Part shown: one piece after another, positions 38,743 through 48,768 of the stretch
Numbering within the stretch: the stretch's first letter is position 1
Layout: every line of letters starts with the position of its first letter
Origin: an uncultured SAR86 cluster bacterium
GTDB taxonomy: Bacteria; Pseudomonadota; Gammaproteobacteria; Magnimaribacterales; Magnimaribacteraceae
Reading direction: 5' to 3'
NCBI GenBank assembly: GCA_902604855.1
Contig: CACLAF010000003.1
Coordinates: 516-64,515, forward strand
DNA length: 64,000 nucleotides
Translations under genes and position numbers: made by a program
Notes under the pieces: model-generated
Databases searched by the model: none
What the model saw: only the letters and a program-made list of their open reading frames with translations
Told to the model about the DNA's origin: nothing

Positions 38743-40956
38743 ATGTCTAAAAAGTACTCCTTTATTTTATTAATAATCGTTTCATCTATGATTATTTTTT
38801 CAAACCTCTTGAAGGGAAATGAAGACAAAACTCTTAAGATAAATTCTATTGACGCAGAAGTTATAGAATCCTTAGATCAGGAAATTCTTAGTTTAACGGG
38901 CAATGTTGTTATTAAAACTGATATTGTTCAATTATGGTCAGATAAAGCAATTTACGACCGTGAAAACCAAATCATACAGCTTGAAGGAAATATCAAGGCA
39001 TTGTCTAAAAACCTTTCTGTTGAAGCGCAAAACATGGAAGCTGATTTTATTGATAATGAGTTCTTCATCTCAGGCTCTAGTTTTAACTTTATGGGAAGAG
39101 GATTTGGCGAAGCTCAGTATATAAATCTCAAGTTTAATGGCGATATAGAATTATTAAATATTTCAATTACAAGTTGTAAAAAGGAAGATCTATCTTGGAA
39201 TTTAAATTCTAAGAGAATAACAATTCTTGAAGATAGAAAGAATGCTGTTATTAAAGACGTGACAATTGAAGTTAATGAGACGCCAATCTTTTATTTGCCT
39301 TATGCAAGGACAGCAATAGGAAAAGAAAAATTCTCTGGGTTTTTAGCACCATCTATTAAACAAGGCAAAGATGGGCTAGATCTATCAGTGCCTTACTTTT
39401 TTAGTCTAGCTCCAAACTATGATCTAACAATCTCACCACGATATATAGAAAAAAGAGGATCCGGGATCAGTTCCGAAGGAAGGTTTCTTTCTCAAGATTC
39501 TGAGGGTCTTATATCATTCTCATATTTTATTAATGATAGAAAGTTTCTAGATCAAACTGGAGAAACTAAAAAAAGATGGGCAACAAAGGTACACAGTCAA
39601 ACAAATTTAGGCTCTAACCTATACCTCAGCATTAGTACTGAACACGTAAGCGATAATCTATACTTTGAAGACTTAAATGATGATATCTTAGGAACTCAAC
39701 AAAAGGATTTCTTGAAGAGAAATCTCTACGTCGACCTCAATACAAAAAATTTGAAAATAATAGGTAGATTGAAGCAATTTCATAATTTAAATCCTTTTTC
39801 TTCCAATGAATATAAAACTCAACCTCGCTTGAATATTGAGTATCAAGGAAATCTCTTCGGTATGTCCGCAAGGTTAGTAACCGATTATGCGAAATTTTCA
39901 TTTGATGAAAAATTTAATCCATTAAATAAAGAGACAGACGTAAAGAGAATATATATCGAACCCTCATTATCATTTGAAAAAGGTAATAGATCTTCACTAA
40001 CTTCATTCAAAGCCGGAAGAAGAGAAACAGAATACCAAACTAAATTGGATCCTATTGATAACTCATACAACTGGGCTGAACTTAGTTATAGAATTTTTAT
40101 GGAAAAGAAATCAAAAAATCAATTCCATAGTCTAACTCCGATATTTAAGTATGTTTACATTGATGGAGAAAATAATTACGAGAAAGGGATAGATTCAAAA
40201 CTTCAAAATTTAAACTTTGATACTTTATTTAAAAGGAACTGGTACTCTGGTTCAGACTTTTTTTTAGAGCAAAGTAGATTAATTCTTGGTTTTGAACATA
40301 ATTTTTATAATGCCAGTAATGGCAATGAAAGATATTTCTCTTTAGGAAGAGCATTCTTTCGTGATAATGAAAATAGTCTTAATAATAAGGGTTCAAAAAA
40401 ATCTTCTATTGTTGCTGAGTTCAAAGCTGACATATCAAGTCATCTGAAAATGAATAGTTCATTAGAGTTTGATTCTGACTTGGAAAAAATATCTAGAGGA
40501 AGTTTAGGAATCGTTTATGAAAAAGAAGAAAGAAAAAACATACAATTAAGATCTATATATAAGAGAGACCCAAAATATCTTAATTTAATAAGTGGTTGGT
40601 CTGATGACGGATTGCCTATAAATCAAATTGAACTAATTTCTCAGTGGGAACTTTCAAGTAAATTTTTAGCCTTTGGAAAAATCTCCAGAGATTATGAAAA
40701 AAATTATTCAAGAGATCTATCCTATGGCATAGAGTATGCCAATTGTTGTTTAAAATTAGGCTTAATGAAAAGAAAATGGCTCGATCAAAATTACTATTCT
40801 TTTTTTGGAATGAATAAAGAAGATATTAATTTAATTGAAAATAGTCCTTTTACCGAAAGAGAAAGGGATAATATTTATTTATTCTTTGAGCTAACTGAAT
40901 TAGGTAGATTTGGAAAGAGGATATCAGAAGTTTTAAGTTCTAGACGATTTCAGTAA
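38743..40956 (+). CDS. lptD: LPS assembly protein LptD
   Basis: N-terminal OstA-like region, PIFYLPY, SGFLAP, PYFFSLAPNYD, EYANCC; precedes surA. Confidence 0.92.
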   Translation: MSKKYSFILLIIVSSMIIFSNLLKGNEDKTLKINSIDAEVIESLDQEILSLTGNVVIKTDIVQLWSDKAIYDRENQIIQLEGNIKALSKNLSVEAQNMEADFIDNEFFISGSSFNFMGRGFGEAQYINLKFNGDIELLNISITSCKKEDLSWNLNSKRITILEDRKNAVIKDVTIEVNETPIFYLPYARTAIGKEKFSGFLAPSIKQGKDGLDLSVPYFFSLAPNYDLTISPRYIEKRGSGISSEGRFLSQDSEGLISFSYFINDRKFLDQTGETKKRWATKVHSQTNLGSNLYLSISTEHVSDNLYFEDLNDDILGTQQKDFLKRNLYVDLNTKNLKIIGRLKQFHNLNPFSSNEYKTQPRLNIEYQGNLFGMSARLVTDYAKFSFDEKFNPLNKETDVKRIYIEPSLSFEKGNRSSLTSFKAGRRETEYQTKLDPIDNSYNWAELSYRIFMEKKSKNQFHSLTPIFKYVYIDGENNYEKGIDSKLQNLNFDTLFKRNWYSGSDFFLEQSRLILGFEHNFYNASNGNERYFSLGRAFFRDNENSLNNKGSKKSSIVAEFKADISSHLKMNSSLEFDSDLEKISRGSLGIVYEKEERKNIQLRSIYKRDPKYLNLISGWSDDGLPINQIELISQWELSSKFLAFGKISRDYEKNYSRDLSYGIEYANCCLKLGLMKRKWLDQNYYSFFGMNKEDINLIENSPFTERERDNIYLFFELTELGRFGKRISEVLSSRRFQ

Positions 40957-40991
40957 TTGCAACAACTGGAAAAAAGAAGACAATAGTAAAT

Positions 40992-42311
40992 ATGGATCTA
41001 ACAAAAAAACTTTTTATCAAGATTTCAATTAAGAAAAGGATAGTCTTTATCCTGCTAGGTTTTCTGATATCTACAAATACTTATACGAAAATTGAGTTGA
41101 TCGATAGAGTCGTAGCTGTTGTAGATTCAGGCGTAATTATGGAATCTCAACTAAATTCTAGAGTTGAAGAAATACTTATAAGATTAAAAAATGATAAAGC
41201 CGAACTGCCTCCTTTAAACCTCTTGGAAGAGCAAGTTTTAGATAGATTAATCATTGAAGAAATACAGCTTCAGCTAGCGGACAGGGCCGGCATAAAAATT
41301 AGTGATTCAGAGCTCAATCAAACTCTTTCCAGGGTTTCATCACAAAATAATCTCAGTTTGGAAGAATTCAGACTGAAGCTTGAGGCAGAAGGAACTTCTT
41401 ACAAATCCTTCAGGGATACTATAAAGAAAGAACTAATAATCCAAAGAGTGCAAAGAGGTAAAGTTGGAGCAAAGATAGATATCTCTGAACAGGAACTCGA
41501 AAATTTTATTAATTCCGAAGAAGGCAGAACCCAGCTAGCCGAGCAATACAATGTTCAACATATCCTCCTATCTGTTAAAAGTGGTTTATCGGAAATAGAA
41601 ATAGAAGCGATAGAAGATGAAGCAGTTTCATTATTAGAAAGACTTGAAAATGGAGAAAGTTTTGAAAAGCTTGCCGCATCTTACTCTGCAGGACAGAAGG
41701 CTCTGGAGGGTGGTTTCCTTGGCTGGAGAACCTCCGCAGAATTACCAAGTCTTTTTGCTGAAGTAGTATCAGGACTAACAGTTGGAGAAGTAGCGCAACC
41801 AGTAAGGAGTGGAGCTGGGTTCCACATACTTAAATTAACTGATAAAAGAGGAAATACTGTTAAATTCCTTGATCAAACTCTAGCAAGGCATATTCTTATC
41901 CAGCCCTCTGAAATAAGAACAGAGAATCAAGCTGAAGTGCTTATCAATGATATCTACAAGAGATTAAAAGAAGGAGAAGATTTTAAACAACTTGCCCGAC
42001 AATTCTCTGAGGATCCTGGGTCAAAAATGGACGGAGGTGAGTTGGGTTGGAGTAATCCTGGAGATTATGATCCTGCATTTGAAATGACTTTAAATGCAAC
42101 TGAAATAGGTCAGCTATCCGAACCTATTAAGTCTTCTTTTGGATGGCATATCATTGAGGTCATGGATCGAAGAAATGAGGACGTAAGTCAAGAAGAACAA
42201 AAAAATAGGGCCTATCAAATAATTTTTAAAAGAAAATTTGATCAAGAACTACAAAGTACTCTTATAGAACTAAGAGCAGAGGCTTATGTAGATATAAAAC
42301 TAACCTCATGA
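40992..42311 (+). CDS. surA: Periplasmic chaperone/PPIase SurA
   Basis: DRVVAVVDSGVI and two parvulin domains (HIL...GG.LGW...GFHI). Confidence 0.95.
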   Translation: MDLTKKLFIKISIKKRIVFILLGFLISTNTYTKIELIDRVVAVVDSGVIMESQLNSRVEEILIRLKNDKAELPPLNLLEEQVLDRLIIEEIQLQLADRAGIKISDSELNQTLSRVSSQNNLSLEEFRLKLEAEGTSYKSFRDTIKKELIIQRVQRGKVGAKIDISEQELENFINSEEGRTQLAEQYNVQHILLSVKSGLSEIEIEAIEDEAVSLLERLENGESFEKLAASYSAGQKALEGGFLGWRTSAELPSLFAEVVSGLTVGEVAQPVRSGAGFHILKLTDKRGNTVKFLDQTLARHILIQPSEIRTENQAEVLINDIYKRLKEGEDFKQLARQFSEDPGSKMDGGELGWSNPGDYDPAFEMTLNATEIGQLSEPIKSSFGWHIIEVMDRRNEDVSQEEQKNRAYQIIFKRKFDQELQSTLIELRAEAYVDIKLTS

Positions 42312-43306
42312 TCAAAATTGCTGTCTCTTCTGGAGATCCAGCTGGTATAGGTCCCGATATCTGCATTAAAGCTTTTGGTCAAAAGAAATCCCTAGCCTAT
42401 AAACCAGTAATTTTTGGAAATATAGATCTCTTGAAAGAAAGAGCTGACGAAATCAAGATTAAGGTTGATGTAAAGGAATACAGCGGTGAAGATTCAAACT
42501 CTCTAACTCATGAATCTTTATGGGTAGTAGATAGACCTATGAGCTCGGAAGTAAAATCAGGTAGTCCTGAACCAAGCACAGCTAAATACATAATGTCTAT
42601 TTTCAAAGAGTCAGTTAAAAAAACTATATCAAAGGAATTCAATGCAGTAGTAACGTGTCCAATAAATAAAGAATTAATGAATGAAGGAGGCGTATCATTT
42701 ACTGGCCACACTGAAGAACTAGCAAGTCTTGGCAATACCAAGGACGTTGTAATGATGTTAGCTAATGAGAAAATCAAGATAGCATTAGCTACAACTCATC
42801 TACCTCTCAGTGAAGTACCCTCTCATATAAATGAAGATCTTCTTATCAACACGATATCTATAATTAATCAGTCTCTGAAAAATCACTGGAAATTGGAAAA
42901 TCCAATTATCAAAGTGCTCGGTTTGAATCCTCATGCCGGAGATGGAGGTTATTTAGGTAGGGAAGAAAAAGATATTATTGGCCCAACTTTGGACAAATTA
43001 AGAGAGCAAGGTCTAGAAATAATAGGTCCAGTTTCTGCAGATACAGCCTTCGTTGAGTTAGATAAAACTGAAAAGGCAGATGCTTTTCTTGCAATGTTCC
43101 ATGATCAAGGACTTCCAGTAATTAAAACTATGGGTTTCGGTGAGACTGTTAATATCACTTTAGGACTACCATTCATACGCACTTCTGTGGATCATGGTAC
43201 TGCATATGATAAGACTGGAACTGGTCAGGCTGATGAATCAAGTCTTCTTGCAGCAACAGAAATGGCATGTTCAATGAGCAAAAGATCTGAGAATGCCAAA
43301 AGCTAA
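42308..43306 (+). CDS. pdxA: 4-hydroxythreonine-4-phosphate dehydrogenase
   Basis: GDPAGIGP, GHTE, LNPHAG, MFHDQGL, RTSVDHGTA. Confidence 0.96.
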   Translation: MIKIAVSSGDPAGIGPDICIKAFGQKKSLAYKPVIFGNIDLLKERADEIKIKVDVKEYSGEDSNSLTHESLWVVDRPMSSEVKSGSPEPSTAKYIMSIFKESVKKTISKEFNAVVTCPINKELMNEGGVSFTGHTEELASLGNTKDVVMMLANEKIKIALATTHLPLSEVPSHINEDLLINTISIINQSLKNHWKLENPIIKVLGLNPHAGDGGYLGREEKDIIGPTLDKLREQGLEIIGPVSADTAFVELDKTEKADAFLAMFHDQGLPVIKTMGFGETVNITLGLPFIRTSVDHGTAYDKTGTGQADESSLLAATEMACSMSKRSENAKS

Positions 43307-44057
43307 AAAAAGTTTAGGGCAGAATTTTCTAATTGATCCAGCTGTTACAAACCAAATACTTCAGTTTATCAATCCAGATTCCAAAGATATTTTTTTAGAA
43401 ATAGGACCTGGCAAAGGGGCAATTACTGAACAACTTGCGAGTAGAGTAAAAACTACTCATGCAGTTGAAATAGATAAGGAATTATCTTACAAACTAAGGA
43501 AATTAGAAGATGAAAAAAATTTCTATGTTCATAATAAAAGCATATTAGATTTTGATCCTAGAGAAATTTTTACAAATAAAGTTAGAGTTATTGGAAACTT
43601 ACCATACAACCTATCTACGCCTATTATGTTTTGGAGTTTTAAATATTTAGCTAAGTTTTGCGATATGCACTTTATGTTACAAAAGGAATTTGGAGAGAGG
43701 CTTATTGCTAAAAACGACAGCAAAGACTTTGGGAGAATCACAGTTATTACTCAATATCTAACAAAGCCAGAGTATTGTTTTTTAATCTCGCCTGAAAGCT
43801 TTTCACCAAAACCGAAAGTGGAGAGTGTCTTTATAAAATTTAATCCTATAGCGGGAAGAAGTATAGATGATCCAATTGCAATAAGATTGCAAGAAGTAAC
43901 AAGAATTGCTTTTATGCATAAAAGAAAGATGGTTGGGAAATCTCTTGAAAAAATTATATCTTCTGAAAAATTAGATTATTTAGGTATAGATAGAAAATGT
44001 AGACCAGAAAATATATCAGTTGAAGATTATGTAAAAATTTCTGGAGCACTCATCTAA
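43293..44057 (+). CDS. rsmA: 16S rRNA dimethyladenosine transferase
   Basis: KKSLGQNFL, EIGPGKG, GNLPY, F.PKPKVES. Confidence 0.96.
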   Translation: MPKAKKSLGQNFLIDPAVTNQILQFINPDSKDIFLEIGPGKGAITEQLASRVKTTHAVEIDKELSYKLRKLEDEKNFYVHNKSILDFDPREIFTNKVRVIGNLPYNLSTPIMFWSFKYLAKFCDMHFMLQKEFGERLIAKNDSKDFGRITVITQYLTKPEYCFLISPESFSPKPKVESVFIKFNPIAGRSIDDPIAIRLQEVTRIAFMHKRKMVGKSLEKIISSEKLDYLGIDRKCRPENISVEDYVKISGALI

Positions 44058-44890
44058 TGTCAAATTATGCTATCGGAGATTTGCAAGGTTGTTATAGCGA
44101 GTTGCAATGCCTGTTAAAAAAAATCTCATTTGATAAAGATGAAGATAAATTATGGTTTTGTGGTGATTTGGTAAACAGAGGTTCTGAATCTCTGAACTGT
44201 CTAAATTTTCTATATTCTATTAGGGAAAATTGCCATATTGTCTTGGGAAATCATGATCTCCACTTAATTGCAGTTCAAAACTCAATCAGAGATATAAGCA
44301 AAAATGATACATTCCATGATATTTTACATAGCTCAAAAGATGATTTCTTAATTGACTGGTTAAGATCGCTTCCCTTTCATTTCATTAAGATAATTGATAC
44401 AAAAGAAGGCGAAAAAGAATTTATTATGACACATGCTGGTATTCCACCTCATTGGACAAAAAAAGATCTAGTTGGTCATTCAAATAAGCTTAGTTCAAAC
44501 CTTGTAGGTAATGACTACCGTAAATTTCTTAAAAAAATATTTGGTAATAAACCCGATCATCCAGATAAATGTAAAAAAGATGAAGAAGTATCAAGATTAA
44601 ATATTAATTTTTTAACGAGAATGAGATTTTACAACCCCGACGGGTCTCTTGAATTGGATTACAAAGGGAAGATTGAAACAGCTCCAAATAATTTAAAACC
44701 TTGGTTTGAATATAAGCTGAAAATTTTAGAAGAAAATACACATATACTGTTTGGTCATTGGGCAGCATTAAATGGTTTTACTGGGAAAAATAACATTACG
44801 GCCCTAGATACAGGTTGTGCATGGGGCAACAAGTTAACTGCAATAAGGCTAGAAGATAAAGCAACCTTTAGCTGTGATAAGCTAAATTAG
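44057..44890 (+). CDS. apaH: Diadenosine tetraphosphatase (symmetrical)
   Basis: [39 protein letters not shown]. Confidence 0.96.
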   Translation: MSNYAIGDLQGCYSELQCLLKKISFDKDEDKLWFCGDLVNRGSESLNCLNFLYSIRENCHIVLGNHDLHLIAVQNSIRDISKNDTFHDILHSSKDDFLIDWLRSLPFHFIKIIDTKEGEKEFIMTHAGIPPHWTKKDLVGHSNKLSSNLVGNDYRKFLKKIFGNKPDHPDKCKKDEEVSRLNINFLTRMRFYNPDGSLELDYKGKIETAPNNLKPWFEYKLKILEENTHILFGHWAALNGFTGKNNITALDTGCAWGNKLTAIRLEDKATFSCDKLN

Positions 44891-44894
44891 ATAT

Positions 44895-45959
44895 ATGAAT
44901 ATTTTTTTAGTTGGTGGTGCAGTTAGAGATGCCTTATTGAATATAGAGGTACAAGAAAGAGACTGGGTTGTTGTAGGTGCCTCTGAAAGTGAGTTAATCA
45001 ATAAAGGGTATAAAAAAATTGGCAAAGATTTTCCTGTTTTCTTACATCCCGAAACTAAGGAAGAATATGCCCTTGCTAGGCAAGAGCGAAAGACGGCTCT
45101 AGGACATAAAGGTTTTGAATTTAAGTTTGATTCTTCTGTAACGTTAGAAGAAGATTTGCTGAGACGAGACCTGACAATCAACGCAATAGCAAAGGATAAA
45201 GATGGTAATTTAATTGATCCTTATGGCGGGATGGAGGATATTAAAAATAAATTACTCAAAAGTGTCTCTGCTTCTTTTGATGAAGATCCTTTGAGAGTAC
45301 TTAGAGTTGCAAGATTTGCTTCTAAGCTCAAATTCTTAGATTTTAAAATAGAAAATAAAACATTAGAACTAATGAAAAAAATTAGCTCTTCAGGAGAAAT
45401 AGAGACTCTAAGCAAAGAGAGAGTCTGGCTAGAAACATATAAAGCTCTCTCTACTAGAAATCCTGAGGAATATTTTTCTATTCTTTTAAAGGTAGGTGCC
45501 CTAGAAAAAATTTGCTCACCTATAAATCTTAATCTTAATGCTCTAGAAAAGACATCATCAGACAATCAAGATTACGCTATCAAGTGGTCCGTTTCGATTT
45601 CAGAAAATGAGAATATCGAGGAAATAAACAACTCTTTTAATGCACCCAAAGAGTTTAGCGAGATAACTGAAATCTGTAGCCAGATAAATTTATTTTCTAG
45701 TAAAAAGATATCCCCTGAGTCTTCGATGGATCTAATAAATAAATGTGACTTGTTAAGAAAGCCCGAGAGATTCTATAAGGCTTCAAAAGCTTCCTCATAT
45801 TTAATTGAGTCATTATTGAAGCCCAAAAATTGGATAGAGATTTATGATCTACTTAGTAATGTCAGTGTTGATAAAACATTAAGAGAAGGTAAGTTAATTG
45901 CAAAAAAATTAAATACAGATAGATTAGTTGCCTTAAAGAAGTATCTCGAAAAATTATGA
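44895..45959 (+). CDS. cca: tRNA nucleotidyltransferase (CCA-adding), short form without HD domain
   Basis: [37 protein letters not shown]; no HD motif seen. Confidence 0.93.
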   Translation: MNIFLVGGAVRDALLNIEVQERDWVVVGASESELINKGYKKIGKDFPVFLHPETKEEYALARQERKTALGHKGFEFKFDSSVTLEEDLLRRDLTINAIAKDKDGNLIDPYGGMEDIKNKLLKSVSASFDEDPLRVLRVARFASKLKFLDFKIENKTLELMKKISSSGEIETLSKERVWLETYKALSTRNPEEYFSILLKVGALEKICSPINLNLNALEKTSSDNQDYAIKWSVSISENENIEEINNSFNAPKEFSEITEICSQINLFSSKKISPESSMDLINKCDLLRKPERFYKASKASSYLIESLLKPKNWIEIYDLLSNVSVDKTLREGKLIAKKLNTDRLVALKKYLEKL

Positions 45960-46687
45960 CACAAAAATTTATCTTTCTTACTGGTGGTGCAAAAAGAATT
46001 GGGAAGACTACTTGTCAACATTTCCACAATGAAGGTTTCAATATCATATTTCACTACAATTCTTCTGAATCAGAAGCGAATGAGATAAAAGAAACTTTAA
46101 ACGAAATTAGAAAAGACTCTTGTTTCACTATACAGGCAAATTTTGATGATAAATCTTCAATAAAAAAATTGACTCAAGGCTTGTCTGAAATTACTGATGA
46201 GCTGTCAGTTTTAATAAATAATGCGTCTAGTTTTTACCCTACTCCAATAGATGATGCATCTATGGATGAGTGGAATAACTTAATGGCTACTAACGCAACA
46301 ACTCCTTTATTCTTAACTCAGGCCCTTCTGCCCTTCTTAAAAAAAGCTAAGGGATGCATAATAAACATTTCAGACACACTAGCACCAAGTGGTATAAAAA
46401 ATTTCAGTCTGTACTCAGGTGCCAAATCTGCTTTGGAAGGTATTACTAAGTCTTTAGCAAAGGAGTTAGCCCCAGATATAAGGGTAAATGCAATCTCTCC
46501 CGGAGCGATACTATGGCCTGAGGATGAAGACTTAAATGAAGATCAACAAAAGCAAAGATTAACAAAAGTCCCCTTAGGGAGGATTGGTTGTCCAGAGGAT
46601 ATTTCATCTTTGGCAGTCTTTTTATCTGAGGCAGAATATATAACGGGTCAAGTGATCAAAGTAGATGGTGGTCGATCCATAAACTAG
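45956..46687 (+). CDS. folM: Pteridine reductase / FolM-like SDR
   Basis: [18 protein letters not shown]...[13 protein letters not shown]; located between cca and folK. Confidence 0.8.
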   Translation: MTQKFIFLTGGAKRIGKTTCQHFHNEGFNIIFHYNSSESEANEIKETLNEIRKDSCFTIQANFDDKSSIKKLTQGLSEITDELSVLINNASSFYPTPIDDASMDEWNNLMATNATTPLFLTQALLPFLKKAKGCIINISDTLAPSGIKNFSLYSGAKSALEGITKSLAKELAPDIRVNAISPGAILWPEDEDLNEDQQKQRLTKVPLGRIGCPEDISSLAVFLSEAEYITGQVIKVDGGRSIN

Positions 46688-46734
46688 ACAATTTTTTTCT
46701 TTTATCATTTTTACATCTATCTTATTATTAAGTA

Positions 46735-47799
46735 ATGGGGAATGAATTACACGAGACTGACGAAAATACTGGAACTATGGAAGTTCTGGAGAGACATCAA
46801 TTTGATGTCTCAAAACTTCAAGATTTCATGCATGAAAATGTAGATGGTTTTGAAGGAGATATTAAATTAGAAGAATTTAAAGGCGGTCAATCTAATCCAA
46901 CCTACAAAGTTATAACGCCGAACCAATCCTATGTTCTGAGACGTAAACCTCCTGGCAAGTTATTAAAATCTGCTCATGCAGTAGATAGAGAATATAAAGT
47001 TATTACTGGTCTTAATAAAACTAATGTTCCTGTACCGAAGAGTTATGCGCTTTGTGAAGATGATGATGTGATTGGTACAGCTTTCTATCTAATGGAATTT
47101 AAAGATGGAAGGGTCTTATGGGATGCATCAATGGAGTCTAGTGATAAGGATGAGGCTTTAGGTGTTTATCAATCAATGAATGACTCTATGGCTAAATTAC
47201 ATTTAGTTAATCCAAATGAAATAGGCCTGGAAGACTTTGGCAAACCAGGAAATTATGTTGGTCGACAAGTTTCAAGATGGTCAAAGCAATATATTGATTC
47301 TGAAACAGAGACAATTGATTCAATGAATAATTTAATAGATTGGCTACCCAAAAACTTACCATCAGAAAAAAGGACAGGAATTGTCCATGGAGATTACAGT
47401 TTAACCAATGTGATGATTGGGAAAAATGATCCTAATGTCATTGCGATACTTGATTGGGAGCTCTCTACATTAGGTGATCCGTGCGCAGATTTTAATTATC
47501 ACTGTCTTCAATACACTATGAATCCAAAACTAGCAGATAAAGCTTATTGTAAAAATCAAGGCATTCCAGTCATTGATGATTACGTAAAAATGTATTCCGA
47601 AAAAATCAATATAGATTTGACTGAAGAATGGAATTTATACTCGGCTTACAATCTATTTAAATTAGCTGGTATTCTTCAAGGTATCCTGGGCAGGGTTAGA
47701 GATGGTACTGCTGCTCATGAGAATGCTGCGGAAAGAGCTAGCGGAGTTAGGAACTTATCCGATACTGCTTGGGATTTAGTAAAAAAGAATTTTTTATAG
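46735..47799 (+). CDS. ACAD10/11-type (LvaA-like) phosphotransferase
   Basis: GGQSNPTY, VLRRKPPG.LL.SAHAVDREY, HGDY, LDWELSTLGDP. Confidence 0.88.
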   Translation: MGNELHETDENTGTMEVLERHQFDVSKLQDFMHENVDGFEGDIKLEEFKGGQSNPTYKVITPNQSYVLRRKPPGKLLKSAHAVDREYKVITGLNKTNVPVPKSYALCEDDDVIGTAFYLMEFKDGRVLWDASMESSDKDEALGVYQSMNDSMAKLHLVNPNEIGLEDFGKPGNYVGRQVSRWSKQYIDSETETIDSMNNLIDWLPKNLPSEKRTGIVHGDYSLTNVMIGKNDPNVIAILDWELSTLGDPCADFNYHCLQYTMNPKLADKAYCKNQGIPVIDDYVKMYSEKINIDLTEEWNLYSAYNLFKLAGILQGILGRVRDGTAAHENAAERASGVRNLSDTAWDLVKKNFL

Positions 47800-47808
47800 G
47801 AGAGAAAT

Positions 47809-48312
47809 ATGGCGATCAACAAATTTTTAGTAGAGGCCAGTCATATCATGATGTTTGCAAGATCAGTTGGAGATGCAAATCCAATCTATCATGATGAAGA
47901 CTATGCCAAAGAAACAGACTTAGGAGGGATAATAGCTCCACCTACATTTGCACAGTCAAGTGCTCAATTTGATCCTGATTATTTTCTAAGGCCTAAAATA
48001 GGAGGCGAAGGATGGTTTGGTTCAGGAAAAGAAGCATCAGGCGCGAAACCATCTAAAGATTCAGGTGGAAGTGGAGGCGGTGCAGCTATGGGGCTTCATG
48101 CCGAGCAGCACTTTGAATATCACAAACCAGTAAAAGCTGGAGATATTCTCTCAGCTACAACAAAACCAGGAAACTCATGGGAAAAAGAGAGCAAAAGAGC
48201 GGGTAAATTAAAATTTAGTGAAAGTGTAACTGAGTATAGAAATCAAGATGGTGAGTTAGTTATAACTGCAACAGGTGTAGGTGTTCAAACAGAAAGAGCT
48301 GTAGATAGCTAG
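47809..48312 (+). CDS. MaoC/FAS1-like dehydratase subunit (HadA-like)
   Basis: FARSVGDANPIYHD, APPTF, LHAEQHFEYHKPV.AGD. Confidence 0.85.
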   Translation: MAINKFLVEASHIMMFARSVGDANPIYHDEDYAKETDLGGIIAPPTFAQSSAQFDPDYFLRPKIGGEGWFGSGKEASGAKPSKDSGGSGGGAAMGLHAEQHFEYHKPVKAGDILSATTKPGNSWEKESKRAGKLKFSESVTEYRNQDGELVITATGVGVQTERAVDS

Positions 48313-48321
48313 GAGAGAAAA

Positions 48322-48741
48322 ATGCTTAAAGAAAATGAAATTAAAGTTGGAGATACTCATACCGCAGTATTAGTTGAAGATCTGAAAAGAACTCAAATAG
48401 TTCAATATGCGGGAGCCTCTGGGGACTATAACCCTCTACATACCGATGAAATATTCACAACACAGGTAGCAGGATATCCAAGTGTGTTTGCACATGGGAT
48501 GTTATCCATGGGACTTACCGGAACTATGCTTACAGACTACGTTGGTGACGGGGCATTGAAGAAATACGGAGTTAGATTCACGAATCAAGTTTGGCCAGGA
48601 GATACACTCACTGGAAAAGCTACTATCATCGAAATACGTGAAGAGGATGGATCTAAGGTAATTGATCTTATGATTGAAACAACAAATCAAAATGATATTG
48701 CTGTGATAACTGGTAGTGCTACAGCAGCCATAGAAGGTTAA
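48322..48741 (+). CDS. MaoC family dehydratase (HadB-like catalytic subunit)
   Basis: YAGASGDYNPLH (catalytic D-x4-H), AHGML, RF...VWPGD. Confidence 0.9.
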   Translation: MLKENEIKVGDTHTAVLVEDLKRTQIVQYAGASGDYNPLHTDEIFTTQVAGYPSVFAHGMLSMGLTGTMLTDYVGDGALKKYGVRFTNQVWPGDTLTGKATIIEIREEDGSKVIDLMIETTNQNDIAVITGSATAAIEG

Positions 48742-48768
48742 TCATCTAATTTAAAAAAAGGAAAAACT

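Noticed and set aside
48000-48090. Gly/Ser-rich low-complexity stretch in the first MaoC gene as a repeat element
   Set aside because: It is an in-frame flexible loop with no nucleotide-level periodicity.
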